A DNA stretch of 64,000 bases from assembly GCA_963675595.2 (NCBI GenBank), contig CAXXLZ010000002.1, positions 1,504,001-1,568,000 on the forward strand, in the 5' to 3' direction. Below are positions 10,280 through 19,061 of the stretch, piece by piece; position 1 is the first letter of the stretch, and each line of letters opens with the position of its first letter. The DNA is from Thermodesulfobacteriota bacterium (GTDB lineage Bacteria; Desulfobacterota; Desulfarculia; JACQYL01). The notes under the pieces were generated by a model. The model did not search any database and was not told the DNA's origin. It saw only the letters and a list, made by a program, of their open reading frames with translations. A program made the position numbers and the translations under genes.

Positions 10280-12142
10280 TTAGAGCAGGAAAAAATAAAG
10301 GCCCATCAATACGACGACGAGTAACATTACCATCAGGTTGAGGCGCAGGAGCCCCGACTGTATGTAGGAGCATATCCTGCCGCTTCCCACCGCCAAGCGA
10401 GCGATCCCTTCAATCCCTCCGTCGATGACCCGCTGGTCGTTCTGTGTAAAAGACCGTGCAAGCAATCGATAGACCACCTGTTTCAACAGGAAGGCATAGA
10501 GGTCATCCAGGAACCAGCGCCTCAGGAAGAAGGTTTTCAACGGCCGGATTCGTTCCACGAAACCCATTTGCGGAGCGGTTCGGCGGCCGAACTCGAACCA
10601 TGTCAGGAAAACTCCCAGGAAGGCCACGGAGACGCTCACCGGGGTGAGCCAAGCGTGTTCCCCGGGCGGGGCCATGCCGAGGAAACTCTCAAGGGAGCGC
10701 TCAAACCAGCCGATCCCCAGGGTCAAACCCGCGAGCACCAGCAGTGGCAAAGCCATGGCCAGGTAGGGTGCTCCTCCCCGATGCTCCTCGTCTTGAGGAT
10801 CCAGGTTTCGAGGGAAGAGAATAATGAAGACCGGTCGAAAGGCGTAGTAGGCCGTCATAAACACGCCCAACAGGGCGGCGGCGAACCAGATCGGATCGGG
10901 ACGGTCGAGCAACGACGCCAAGATCGTTTCCTTGCTGAAAAAACCCGCGAGAGGAGGCAATCCCGAGAGGCTCGCCGCGGCCAGAACGGTGCACACGAGA
11001 GGAGTCTTCAAGCTCCGACCGTTCTTCCGGGCGATCTCATACATATCGTTGGTTTCGAAGTAGTGGATCCAAACCCCGGAACACAGGAACAGGAGGGCCT
11101 TGAAAAGCGCATGGGTGGTCAGGTGAAAATAGCCCGCGAAGGAACTACCCGCCGCAAGCCCCATGACCATGTATCCCAGTTGACTGATGGTGGAGTAGGC
11201 CCAGACTTTCTTGATGTCCCTGTCCACCATGGCCATGGTGCTTGCCATGAGCATGCTGATCGTGCCCACCGTGAGGCAGACCGTCATGGCGGTCTCGGAA
11301 CGGCTGAAGAAAGGAAAAAGTCGTACGAAAAGGAAGACACCGGCCGCAACCATGGTGGCCGAGTGCAGTAACGCGCTGACCGGAGTGGGCCCTTCCATGG
11401 CGTCCGGAAGCCAGGTCATGAGAGGAAACTGCGCGCTCTTCCCGATGATCCCGCCGAACACGAGCAACACGCAAAGAGTCAGGAAGCCCGGAGAGAGACG
11501 GGCCGCTGTCGACGCATCGTTCAGCTCCATGATGCTCAAGTCGCCCAAGTGCACCAGTAGGAGGAGAACGCCCACGAAGAAGGAAGCGTCCCCAAGACGG
11601 GTCATGACGAACGCCTTTTTCCCGGCCTGCGTGGCGCTGAAACGCTCATACCAGAATCCGATGAGCAGGTACGAGCACAGGCCCACGACTTCCCAGAAGA
11701 TGTAGAGCTGCAGCAGGGAAGTGGACACGGCGAGAGAAAGCATGGCCCAGGCGAAGAGAGACTGAAACGCATAGTAACGGGAAAAACCGGGATCGCCCTC
11801 CATGTAACCCAGGGAATAGACCTGTACCAGAAGGCAGATCACGGCCACCAGGGAGAACATGAGCAGACTCGACGGATCCAGCAGGAACCCGAAAAACAGA
11901 GAAAAATCGTGGCCGCCGTACCAAAGGGTGGAATATTCCAGGGGTTTCTCCAGGGGCCACAATCGGAAAAGAAGCGAAAGGGCGGAGAGCATGGAGATGC
12001 TCACCGCACTAATGGACAGACCGGCCGACAAACGAGGATGGGCTCTCGTGAACAGGGTGATCACCACGAATGAAGCGAAAGGCATCCCCAAGGTGATGGC
12101 CGTGGCCGCGAAACCGAACTCTTTGAGCAAAGGAGAAATCAT
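10280..12142 (-). CDS. nuoL: NADH-quinone oxidoreductase subunit L
   Basis: GKSAQFPLMTWLPDAMEGPTPVSALLHSATMV, HALFKALLFL; ATG at 12142 just after nuoK. Confidence 0.95.
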   Translation of the reverse strand: MISPLLKEFGFAATAITLGMPFASFVVITLFTRAHPRLSAGLSISAVSISMLSALSLLFRLWPLEKPLEYSTLWYGGHDFSLFFGFLLDPSSLLMFSLVAVICLLVQVYSLGYMEGDPGFSRYYAFQSLFAWAMLSLAVSTSLLQLYIFWEVVGLCSYLLIGFWYERFSATQAGKKAFVMTRLGDASFFVGVLLLLVHLGDLSIMELNDASTAARLSPGFLTLCVLLVFGGIIGKSAQFPLMTWLPDAMEGPTPVSALLHSATMVAAGVFLFVRLFPFFSRSETAMTVCLTVGTISMLMASTMAMVDRDIKKVWAYSTISQLGYMVMGLAAGSSFAGYFHLTTHALFKALLFLCSGVWIHYFETNDMYEIARKNGRSLKTPLVCTVLAAASLSGLPPLAGFFSKETILASLLDRPDPIWFAAALLGVFMTAYYAFRPVFIILFPRNLDPQDEEHRGGAPYLAMALPLLVLAGLTLGIGWFERSLESFLGMAPPGEHAWLTPVSVSVAFLGVFLTWFEFGRRTAPQMGFVERIRPLKTFFLRRWFLDDLYAFLLKQVVYRLLARSFTQNDQRVIDGGIEGIARLAVGSGRICSYIQSGLLRLNLMVMLLVVVLMGLYFFLL

Positions 12143-12150
12143 TTGGACGC

Positions 12151-12456
12151 TTACCGTCTCAAGAGGTTGTAGCGATCGGGATCGACGGAGCCGGTGACCC
12201 GGTGAGCCGCCACCACGAGGGCGAGCCCCACCGCCACTTCCGTGGCGGCGACCCCTAGAATGAAGAGAACGAAAGCCTGCCCGTCGAGTCGTCCCCAGTG
12301 CAGGGCCCCACCCACAAAGGCGATAGCCGCCGCGTTCATCATGATCTCGATGCCGATGAGGATCATGATCAGATTCCGTCTCGCCAAGACACACGCCAGA
12401 CCGATGAAAAAGACGGCCGCCGCAAGAATGAAAACGTGGCTGAAAGGAACGATCAT
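12151..12456 (-). CDS. nuoK: NADH-quinone oxidoreductase subunit K
   Basis: RRNLIMILIGIEIMMNA, VAATEVAVGLA; ATGA overlap with nuoJ. Confidence 0.95.
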   Translation of the reverse strand: MIVPFSHVFILAAAVFFIGLACVLARRNLIMILIGIEIMMNAAAIAFVGGALHWGRLDGQAFVLFILGVAATEVAVGLALVVAAHRVTGSVDPDRYNLLRR

Positions 12457-12989
12457 GATTCCGCTCCCGTCTTGGTTTCGGTCCCATTCCCCTTCGGAGT
12501 CCCCTTTATTCCCAACTGCACGGCCGCCAGGAGCCCCAGCAAAAGGAGCACGGAGATGATTTCCACCGCCAACCAGTAACGCTCGAAGACATATCGCCCG
12601 AACACCCTCGGCGCGACTGTGGCGGATTTCAGCACTTCCGCCCCGCCGGGTTCCCTCATGGCCGTTAAGGCCGCCAGAGCGACAAACAAAAGGCCGACCA
12701 CCAAGGGCGGAATCCAACGGCGCAGAGAGAGGCTCGCTTGATCGGCACTCTCCGCCTTGAGCATCATGACCACGAAAAGAAAAAGGATCATGACGGCGCC
12801 GGCGTATATGATGACTTCAAGGGCGGCAAGAAACGGAGCTCCCAGCAGAAAAAAGAGCATGGCGCTCCCCACGAAGGAGAAGATGAGATACACCACGGCG
12901 TGCACCGGGTTCCTGCGGGTCACCGCCAGCCCCGCGGACCCCAGGATAAGCGCCCCGAGCAGATAAAATATGGCCGCGTGCAGACTCAA
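12453..12989 (-). CDS. nuoJ: NADH-quinone oxidoreductase subunit J
   Basis: RNPVHA, IIYAGAVMILFLFVVM. Confidence 0.95.
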   Translation of the reverse strand: MSLHAAIFYLLGALILGSAGLAVTRRNPVHAVVYLIFSFVGSAMLFFLLGAPFLAALEVIIYAGAVMILFLFVVMMLKAESADQASLSLRRWIPPLVVGLLFVALAALTAMREPGGAEVLKSATVAPRVFGRYVFERYWLAVEIISVLLLLGLLAAVQLGIKGTPKGNGTETKTGAES

Positions 12990-13003
12990 GCTCCACTCTC
13001 CCC

Positions 13004-13600
13004 TTACGGTAAATTGCTTTTAACGTTGACGGGTTCGTCTTCGTCGATGTGCGAGCCTTTGCCGCTCGTCATGGCGACCCCGGCATGGCGATAGAAGTTG
13101 TAATCCTTGTTTTTTCCGCCGTGATTCACCAGAAGGTCTTCTTTTTCGGCCACAAGGTTCAGGATGCTCCTGTCGCAGAATTCAAAATGGGACGTCAGCT
13201 GAAGGGCCAGGGTCGGACAGGCCTCCTCGCACAAGCCGCAGTAGATGCAACGTGCGAAATTGATGCGAAACCATCGGGCCCACCGGCGGCCGTCCTCGCG
13301 CTCCTCTCCCTCCATGGAGATACAACTCACCGGACAGGCCGCGGCACAAAGAAAGCAGGCCACGCAGCGCTCTTCACCTTCCGGGTCTCGAGTGAGGATG
13401 ATTCTCGCTCTTGTGCGCTCCGGCAGGGGGCGTTTGTATTCGGGATACTCTTCCGTGATTTTCCGACGAAACGTATGAACGAACGTCGTGCCCAAGCCTT
13501 GGGCCAAACCCTGGAAAATCTCCATGGTTTGTTGCAGGTATCCGTCCTTCTTCTTCGTGTCCTTCATGTTTTGTCCGTCCGATTCTTCGGTTCGTTTCAT
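13004..13600 (-). CDS. nuoI: NADH-quinone oxidoreductase subunit I
   Basis: Two CxxCxxCxxxCP motifs and ERCVAC; start could be the later Met. Confidence 0.95.
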   Translation of the reverse strand: MKRTEESDGQNMKDTKKKDGYLQQTMEIFQGLAQGLGTTFVHTFRRKITEEYPEYKRPLPERTRARIILTRDPEGEERCVACFLCAAACPVSCISMEGEEREDGRRWARWFRINFARCIYCGLCEEACPTLALQLTSHFEFCDRSILNLVAEKEDLLVNHGGKNKDYNFYRHAGVAMTSGKGSHIDEDEPVNVKSNLP

Positions 13601-13633
13601 GTGCGAAGTCCCGGCTGCCGCCTTCCGCGGCCG

Positions 13634-14626
13634 TCATCCGTTCATGAGTAACAATAGTCCACCCGTGAGCACGATGTTGAGCAGCGACGCCGGAACCAGG
13701 ACCTTCCATCCCAAATGCATCAACTGGTCGTAACGAAGCCTGGGAAGGGTACCCCTGATCCAAATCAATACGAACACCACGGCGGTCACCTTCAGAAGGA
13801 ACCACAGCAGAGGGGGCAACAAAGGACCTCGCCAGCCTCCGAGGAAAAGAGCCGCCGTCAACGCGCCCAAAACGATCATGGTCGCGTACTCCCCCAGAAA
13901 ATAGAGACCGAAACGCATGCCGCTGTACTCCGTGTGGTAGCCGGCCACCAATTCGTTCTCCGCTTCCGGTATGTCGAAGGGGATTCGTTTGGTTTCCGCC
14001 ACCGCACTGATGAAAAAAATCAGAAAGGCGAGCGGTTGAACCAGAATGAAAGGATACCGGGCCTGGGCCGCTACGATGTCCACCAGGCTGAATGAGTGTG
14101 CCAGCATGACGACGGGCACCAAGGAAAGCCCGAGGGAGAGTTCATAACTGATCATCTGGGCGGCGGATCGGATACCGCCCAAGAGGCTGAACTTGGAATT
14201 GGACGCCCAGCCGCCGAGCGCCACCCCGTAGACACTGAGGGAGGAAAGAGCCAAAACGAAGAGCAACCCCACGTTGATGTCGGTAACGACCAGAGGAATT
14301 CGTCGGCCGAACAGGGTCCAGTCGTCCCCAAAGGGCACCACGGCAAAGGTCAGAAGCGCCGTCACTGCAACCACGGCGGGTGCGTAAAGGAAGATCCAAC
14401 GATCCGCGCCTTCGGGTACCAGGTCCTCCTTGGCCAGAAGTTTGACCAGGTCCGCCACGGGTTGAAGAAGACCCCATGGGCCGGCACGATTCGGACCTAC
14501 ACGAAGCTGCATCCAGCCCAAGAGCTTTCGTTCTCCCAAGATGAGCCAGCCCGCTCCGGTCAGGAGTCCCAGGACCACGAGGACCAGTTTCAGAATAAGC
14601 AGGATGATGCCCAAAGCAGGATTCAT
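13634..14626 (-). CDS. nuoH: NADH-quinone oxidoreductase subunit H
   Basis: ERKLLGWMQLRVGPNRAGPWG, PFDIPEAENELVAGYHTEYSG; ATG at 14626. Confidence 0.95.
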   Translation of the reverse strand: MNPALGIILLILKLVLVVLGLLTGAGWLILGERKLLGWMQLRVGPNRAGPWGLLQPVADLVKLLAKEDLVPEGADRWIFLYAPAVVAVTALLTFAVVPFGDDWTLFGRRIPLVVTDINVGLLFVLALSSLSVYGVALGGWASNSKFSLLGGIRSAAQMISYELSLGLSLVPVVMLAHSFSLVDIVAAQARYPFILVQPLAFLIFFISAVAETKRIPFDIPEAENELVAGYHTEYSGMRFGLYFLGEYATMIVLGALTAALFLGGWRGPLLPPLLWFLLKVTAVVFVLIWIRGTLPRLRYDQLMHLGWKVLVPASLLNIVLTGGLLLLMNG

Positions 14627-14647
14627 CACGCAAGACCCTTCACCGAC

Positions 14648-14764
14648 CATGGGAAAAAGCCGGTTACTACAAGTTGGTGAAAGATGATAAGATCCATGGC
14701 GCGCGAATCACGAGGAACGAGGCGTAACTAAAGTCCGCCGCGGATCGCGTTCTTCAACGGCCTG
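14648..14764 (+). repeat. Repeat family A, shortened copy between nuoG and nuoH
   Basis: GGCGCGCGAATCACGAGGAACGAGGCGTA...GCGGATCGCGTTCTTCAACGGCCTG. Confidence 0.8.
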
Positions 14765-14765
14765 T

Positions 14766-17246
14766 CTAAATCTTTCGAATACGGTTGTCCGGCACGATGG
14801 TCGGCTGCTGCGCCGACACTTGCCGTTCCAGCAAACGATGCCCGGGCACGACGATCACGCCGGACGCCATGTTCGTTGCGATCCCCACCTCCAAAATCGT
14901 TTCCCCGGCATCGAACTGAAGAGCCGCTTTGTCTCCTTCCACCAGACCCAACCGGGCGGCATCGTCGGCATGCAGCACGAGTTTCGGGACGCTTTCACCC
15001 TTCTGCGCGACGCGGGAATAGCCGGAAAGCTCCTCCGTCCCGAAGGTCCAATCCACGGACAGGACCTCCATCCCCTTTTCCCGAGGTTCGGTGGGGGTGA
15101 TCTTCGAGGAGAAGAGTTTGTCGGGCGCATCCTTGGAAAACACTCGGTCTCCGACGAAAACCAGGGAGGAATCCTCCAAAGCGGAACGGTTTTCCGCCTT
15201 CCAATCCCCGAATTCCGCCGTCAATGGCTTGCGCTCATGACTCCCAAGAGAGCGGTACAGCTCGTCCAGCACCTCGTGGGCCGCCTTGGGATCCCCGCCC
15301 GGCACATGGTCCTCGAAGGTTCTCGGCGGCCGGCTTCCGCAGCCGACCTGTGAAATGGGCGTGCCTCCCCGGTGAACGGGTGTCGCTTGCTGAAGCCTTC
15401 CCTCCTGATTTACGAATGTGGAAGGCGTGCGTTCGAAGAGCGGTGTCGTCGGCAGGACGAGATCGGCCTTCTCCACCGAAGGAGAAGGAAGGTAATCGAG
15501 GACAATGAGACAATCCAGGTTTTGCAGGGCCCGATCGAGCCGTTCTTGATCGAATTGGGAACGGAAAAGGTCCTGTTCCACCAGGAGCAAGGCTTTGATT
15601 TTCCCGCCTTCCAGAGTCTCCAGCACGGAGATTGGATCGTCGGTGGAGGACTGAAGACCCGCTCCAAAGGCGTTGGGACCGGGCAAGAGGTAGAAGAGAC
15701 CCGCCTTTTTAGCGGTCCGGCCCAAAAGATGGGCAAGATCGCCCGCCAAGCCGGGCGTACTTTCTCCAACGATGTTCGTGCCGCACACGATCACGGGCCG
15801 CTCACTGCGCTCCAGCGCTTGGGCGATTCCGTCCATGCGCGAGTGTAGTTCCGGATCGAACGGGTACCCCGAAGGCAGCGATTCAAGGAACCCGGCCGCT
15901 TCTCCGCTTAAGGTCGCCGTGTTGTCGCCGGATAAAGCGCGTTTCACGATCACCGCGGCGCAAAGGTCCATCCGATCCGGCGTTACGGTTAGGTGGTCGA
16001 AAGGAAAGGGAAGAAACACCGGTCTGGGGTCCACCACGGCGACGGCGGCGCCCTTGCGTTGAGCCTGCCGCACCGCCAGGGCCGACATGGGAGCCTCGTT
16101 TACCGGATCGGCGCCCAACAGGAGGACGAAGTCCGCATCCTCGATCCTCCGCATGGACACGGCCGTTCCCTCGTCCAGCTTGGAGACCGCGCTTCTCACC
16201 TTGCGCGACGTGGAGGATTCAAGAAAAAAGCGAGGAGCGGACCACCCGGAAACCCGACAAAGCTCTCGCAGCGAGACCTGGGTTTCCAGACTACAGCGGG
16301 GCGATCCCACACATAGAACGGCATCCGGGCCCGCTTCCCGCACGATCGCGCCGAGCCGTTCCGCGGCGGTTTCGATCCCTCGCTCCCAGGAAACCTCTTC
16401 TCCCGCCGACCGCGCGTTGCGAGGACGATGGGGATGGTTGGCGAAATCGAACCCGAATCGCCCCCGGTCACAAATGAAGTAGCCGTTCACGTCCTCGTTC
16501 AGGCGAGCTTCCTGCCGCACCATCTCCCGGTAGCGTGCGCTGCCGGTGGTGTTGCAGCCCAGGGAGCAATGAGGACACAGCGAGGGCCCTCTTTCGAAGT
16601 TCCATCGGCGGCCTTTGAAGCGAGCGGGTTTGTCCGTATAAACGCCCGTGGGGCAGAGATCGATGAGATTGCCGGAAAACGGATTCTCGAGCCTGCCGCT
16701 TTCGAACCGGCCGAAATAGGTTCGGTTGGCGATCTGCAAAGCTCCCAGATCGCGATACCCTGAAAAATCTTGGTAGAACCGCCTGCATCTCCAGCAGTGG
16801 ATGCATCGATTCATCTCGTGCCGCACGAAAGGTCCCAGGTCCTGATCGACGTAGGTGCGCTTCTTTCCCTGGTAACGCCTGATTCCATGGCCCCCCGACA
16901 CGGTTTCGTCCTGCAGGAGACAGTGCCCTCCCTCGTCGCACACCGGGCAGTCGTGCGGATGATTCAACATGAGGCATTCAATGATCCATTTGCGGAAGGA
17001 GACGGCGTCCGGGTCGGTAGTGGAAACCACCATGCCGTCCCGAGCTTCGACCATGCAACTCATTTCGATGCCTTTGACCGGACCTTCTTTGAACTTCACG
17101 GCGCACAGGCGGCAGGCGCCCAAAGACCCGAGAGCCTCATGGAAGCAGAAACGGGGAATCATGATCCCGAGTCGCTCGGCGGCCTGAATCACTTTGGTAC
17201 CGGCGGGAACCTCTATTTCACGGTCATCGATGATCAGCTTCGGCAC
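14766..17246 (-). CDS. nuoG: NADH-quinone oxidoreductase subunit G
   Basis: N1b, N5 (HPHDCPVCDEGGHC), N4 and N7 (CPHCSLGC...C) ligand motifs. Confidence 0.95.
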   Translation of the reverse strand: MPKLIIDDREIEVPAGTKVIQAAERLGIMIPRFCFHEALGSLGACRLCAVKFKEGPVKGIEMSCMVEARDGMVVSTTDPDAVSFRKWIIECLMLNHPHDCPVCDEGGHCLLQDETVSGGHGIRRYQGKKRTYVDQDLGPFVRHEMNRCIHCWRCRRFYQDFSGYRDLGALQIANRTYFGRFESGRLENPFSGNLIDLCPTGVYTDKPARFKGRRWNFERGPSLCPHCSLGCNTTGSARYREMVRQEARLNEDVNGYFICDRGRFGFDFANHPHRPRNARSAGEEVSWERGIETAAERLGAIVREAGPDAVLCVGSPRCSLETQVSLRELCRVSGWSAPRFFLESSTSRKVRSAVSKLDEGTAVSMRRIEDADFVLLLGADPVNEAPMSALAVRQAQRKGAAVAVVDPRPVFLPFPFDHLTVTPDRMDLCAAVIVKRALSGDNTATLSGEAAGFLESLPSGYPFDPELHSRMDGIAQALERSERPVIVCGTNIVGESTPGLAGDLAHLLGRTAKKAGLFYLLPGPNAFGAGLQSSTDDPISVLETLEGGKIKALLLVEQDLFRSQFDQERLDRALQNLDCLIVLDYLPSPSVEKADLVLPTTPLFERTPSTFVNQEGRLQQATPVHRGGTPISQVGCGSRPPRTFEDHVPGGDPKAAHEVLDELYRSLGSHERKPLTAEFGDWKAENRSALEDSSLVFVGDRVFSKDAPDKLFSSKITPTEPREKGMEVLSVDWTFGTEELSGYSRVAQKGESVPKLVLHADDAARLGLVEGDKAALQFDAGETILEVGIATNMASGVIVVPGHRLLERQVSAQQPTIVPDNRIRKI

Positions 17247-17252
17247 GGGATT

Positions 17253-18560
17253 TCACCCTCTTCCTTGTTCCGCTTTTCCATTGCCGGCTTTGAAAGGACA
17301 CTGCTTCCGGGCGATGTGTTCCCGTATTTCGTCCGTGAAAAAATCCAGGAGACCCTGCAGCGGGGCGGCGGCTCCGGGCGCAAAGGCGCAGTAGGCGTGT
17401 CTCATGTTCGCCGCCATCTGGTGAAGCATGGGGATGAATTCTTCCTTGCCTTCCCCCTCCTCGATACGCCTCAAGAGGTCCCGGACAAAGGGCAAACCTT
17501 CCCGGCAGGGGGTGCAGAAGCCGCAGGATTCGCGAGCGAAAAATTCGATCAGATTGAGGGTCACCGCCACCAGACAGGTATTTTGATCGAAAACCACGAC
17601 GGCGCCCGTGCCCAGTCGTTGCCCCACCTTTTTCATGGGATCGAAATCCAATTCGAGGTCGTAGAATTTCCTCGGCAGGAAACCCGTGGAAGCTCCTCCC
17701 GGCAGACAAGCCTTGAATTCGGTTCCCGGCGGCATCCCCCCGCCGCAATCCTCGAGGATTTCGCTCAGGCGTGTTCCGATGGGCAACTCGTAGCAGCCGG
17801 GCCGACGAATCCGCCCCGAAACGGTATAGAGTTTCGTCCCCGCCCCGGTTTCCGTCTTGGCGAGCCCTTTGAACCAGTCGGCCCCGTTTCTCAATATGTG
17901 GGGAATACACGAAAGGGTTTCCACATTGTTTACCAGGGTGGGCCGTTTCCACAGTCCCTCTTCCGTCATGTGCGGACCACCTTTGACGGGGTGCGGCCGT
18001 TGACCTTGAACGGCGTTGATCTGAGCGGTGGCCTCTCCGCAGATATATCGGCCGGCGCTCCGATGAACGGCCATGTCGAAGGAAAAGTCCCCGCCCAATA
18101 TGTGATCGCCTAAAAAGCCGGCGTCTCTGGCCACCTGGAGTTCCCTCTCGATGAGTTCCGCGTCCATCTCATAGGACGGCCGCACGAAGAAGATCCCTTT
18201 TTGCGCCGAAACGGCAAAGGCGGCCAGCACAATGCCCTCGATGACCAAATGAGGGTCCGCGTTCACCAGAACACGATCCTTGAAGGTTCCCGGTTCCATC
18301 TCATCCGTATTGGGAACCACATATCTTGGAAACGGCGCGTCTTCCGGAACGCCGGACCATTTGACGCCCGTGGGGAATCCGGCGCCCCCGCGACCGCGCA
18401 GTCCGGAGTCTTTGATCAGTTCGATTACGTCCCCGGGTTTCATTTCCCGGACCGCTTTGGTCAGAGCCTCATATCCCCCGCTTTGCCGATACTCATCGAT
18501 GGTTGCGGGCCGGTCCGGCCGGAAGTTTTTCAAAAGCACCTGTTCGCCCATGGGAGTCAC
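17253..18560 (-). CDS. nuoF: NADH-quinone oxidoreductase subunit F
   Basis: SGLRGRGGAGFPTG, DEMEPGTFKDR, ESCGFCTPCREG. Confidence 0.96.
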   Translation of the reverse strand: MTPMGEQVLLKNFRPDRPATIDEYRQSGGYEALTKAVREMKPGDVIELIKDSGLRGRGGAGFPTGVKWSGVPEDAPFPRYVVPNTDEMEPGTFKDRVLVNADPHLVIEGIVLAAFAVSAQKGIFFVRPSYEMDAELIERELQVARDAGFLGDHILGGDFSFDMAVHRSAGRYICGEATAQINAVQGQRPHPVKGGPHMTEEGLWKRPTLVNNVETLSCIPHILRNGADWFKGLAKTETGAGTKLYTVSGRIRRPGCYELPIGTRLSEILEDCGGGMPPGTEFKACLPGGASTGFLPRKFYDLELDFDPMKKVGQRLGTGAVVVFDQNTCLVAVTLNLIEFFARESCGFCTPCREGLPFVRDLLRRIEEGEGKEEFIPMLHQMAANMRHAYCAFAPGAAAPLQGLLDFFTDEIREHIARKQCPFKAGNGKAEQGRG

Positions 18561-19051
18561 CGATCCCGAACCAAAGCACAGTGGCTTTTTCTCAGGTCAT
18601 CGAGGATATCGTCGATCCTGGAAGGAGTGAGCGAGCCGTAAAACTCCCCGTTGATCAGGATGGCGGGAGCATGATCGCAATATCCGATGCAAACGGACGG
18701 CAGTACGGTGAACAGACCGTCCTTGGTTGTTTCACCGATGCGGATGTTCAGTTTGCGGCAAAGGTAATCCACCACCGACTCCTCCCCGAACATCCAGCAC
18801 ACCAGGCCGTCGCAGGCATGGATGACGAACCTTCCCACCGGTTCCCGATAAATGAAGTCGTAAAACGTGGCGAGTTCATCAACTTCCAGAGAAGTCATGC
18901 CGAGAAGAGCGGCCGTTTCATGGACGGCCTCGTCGCACATATACCCATAGTGATTTTGGACGGCGTACATCACGTTGATGACCTCCTCACGGGGATGGTC
19001 GCTCTCCTCGATGCGTTTACGCAACTCCTGTTCCAGTTCCTTCGGCAGCAT
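18557..19051 (-). CDS. nuoE: NADH-quinone oxidoreductase subunit E
   Basis: CDGLVC...CIGYC 2Fe-2S ligands; ATG at 19051. Confidence 0.93.
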   Translation of the reverse strand: MLPKELEQELRKRIEESDHPREEVINVMYAVQNHYGYMCDEAVHETAALLGMTSLEVDELATFYDFIYREPVGRFVIHACDGLVCWMFGEESVVDYLCRKLNIRIGETTKDGLFTVLPSVCIGYCDHAPAILINGEFYGSLTPSRIDDILDDLRKSHCALVRDR

Positions 19052-19061
19052 AACCCACTTC

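Noticed and set aside
12142-12717. Extended N-termini of nuoL and nuoK in the ORF track
   Set aside because: They overlap upstream genes; internal ATGs give the expected sizes and coupling
16770-18113. Long antisense ORFs (also 47264..48688, 50579..51793, 58950..60413)
   Set aside because: Shadows of GC-rich genes on the opposite strand, with no motifs
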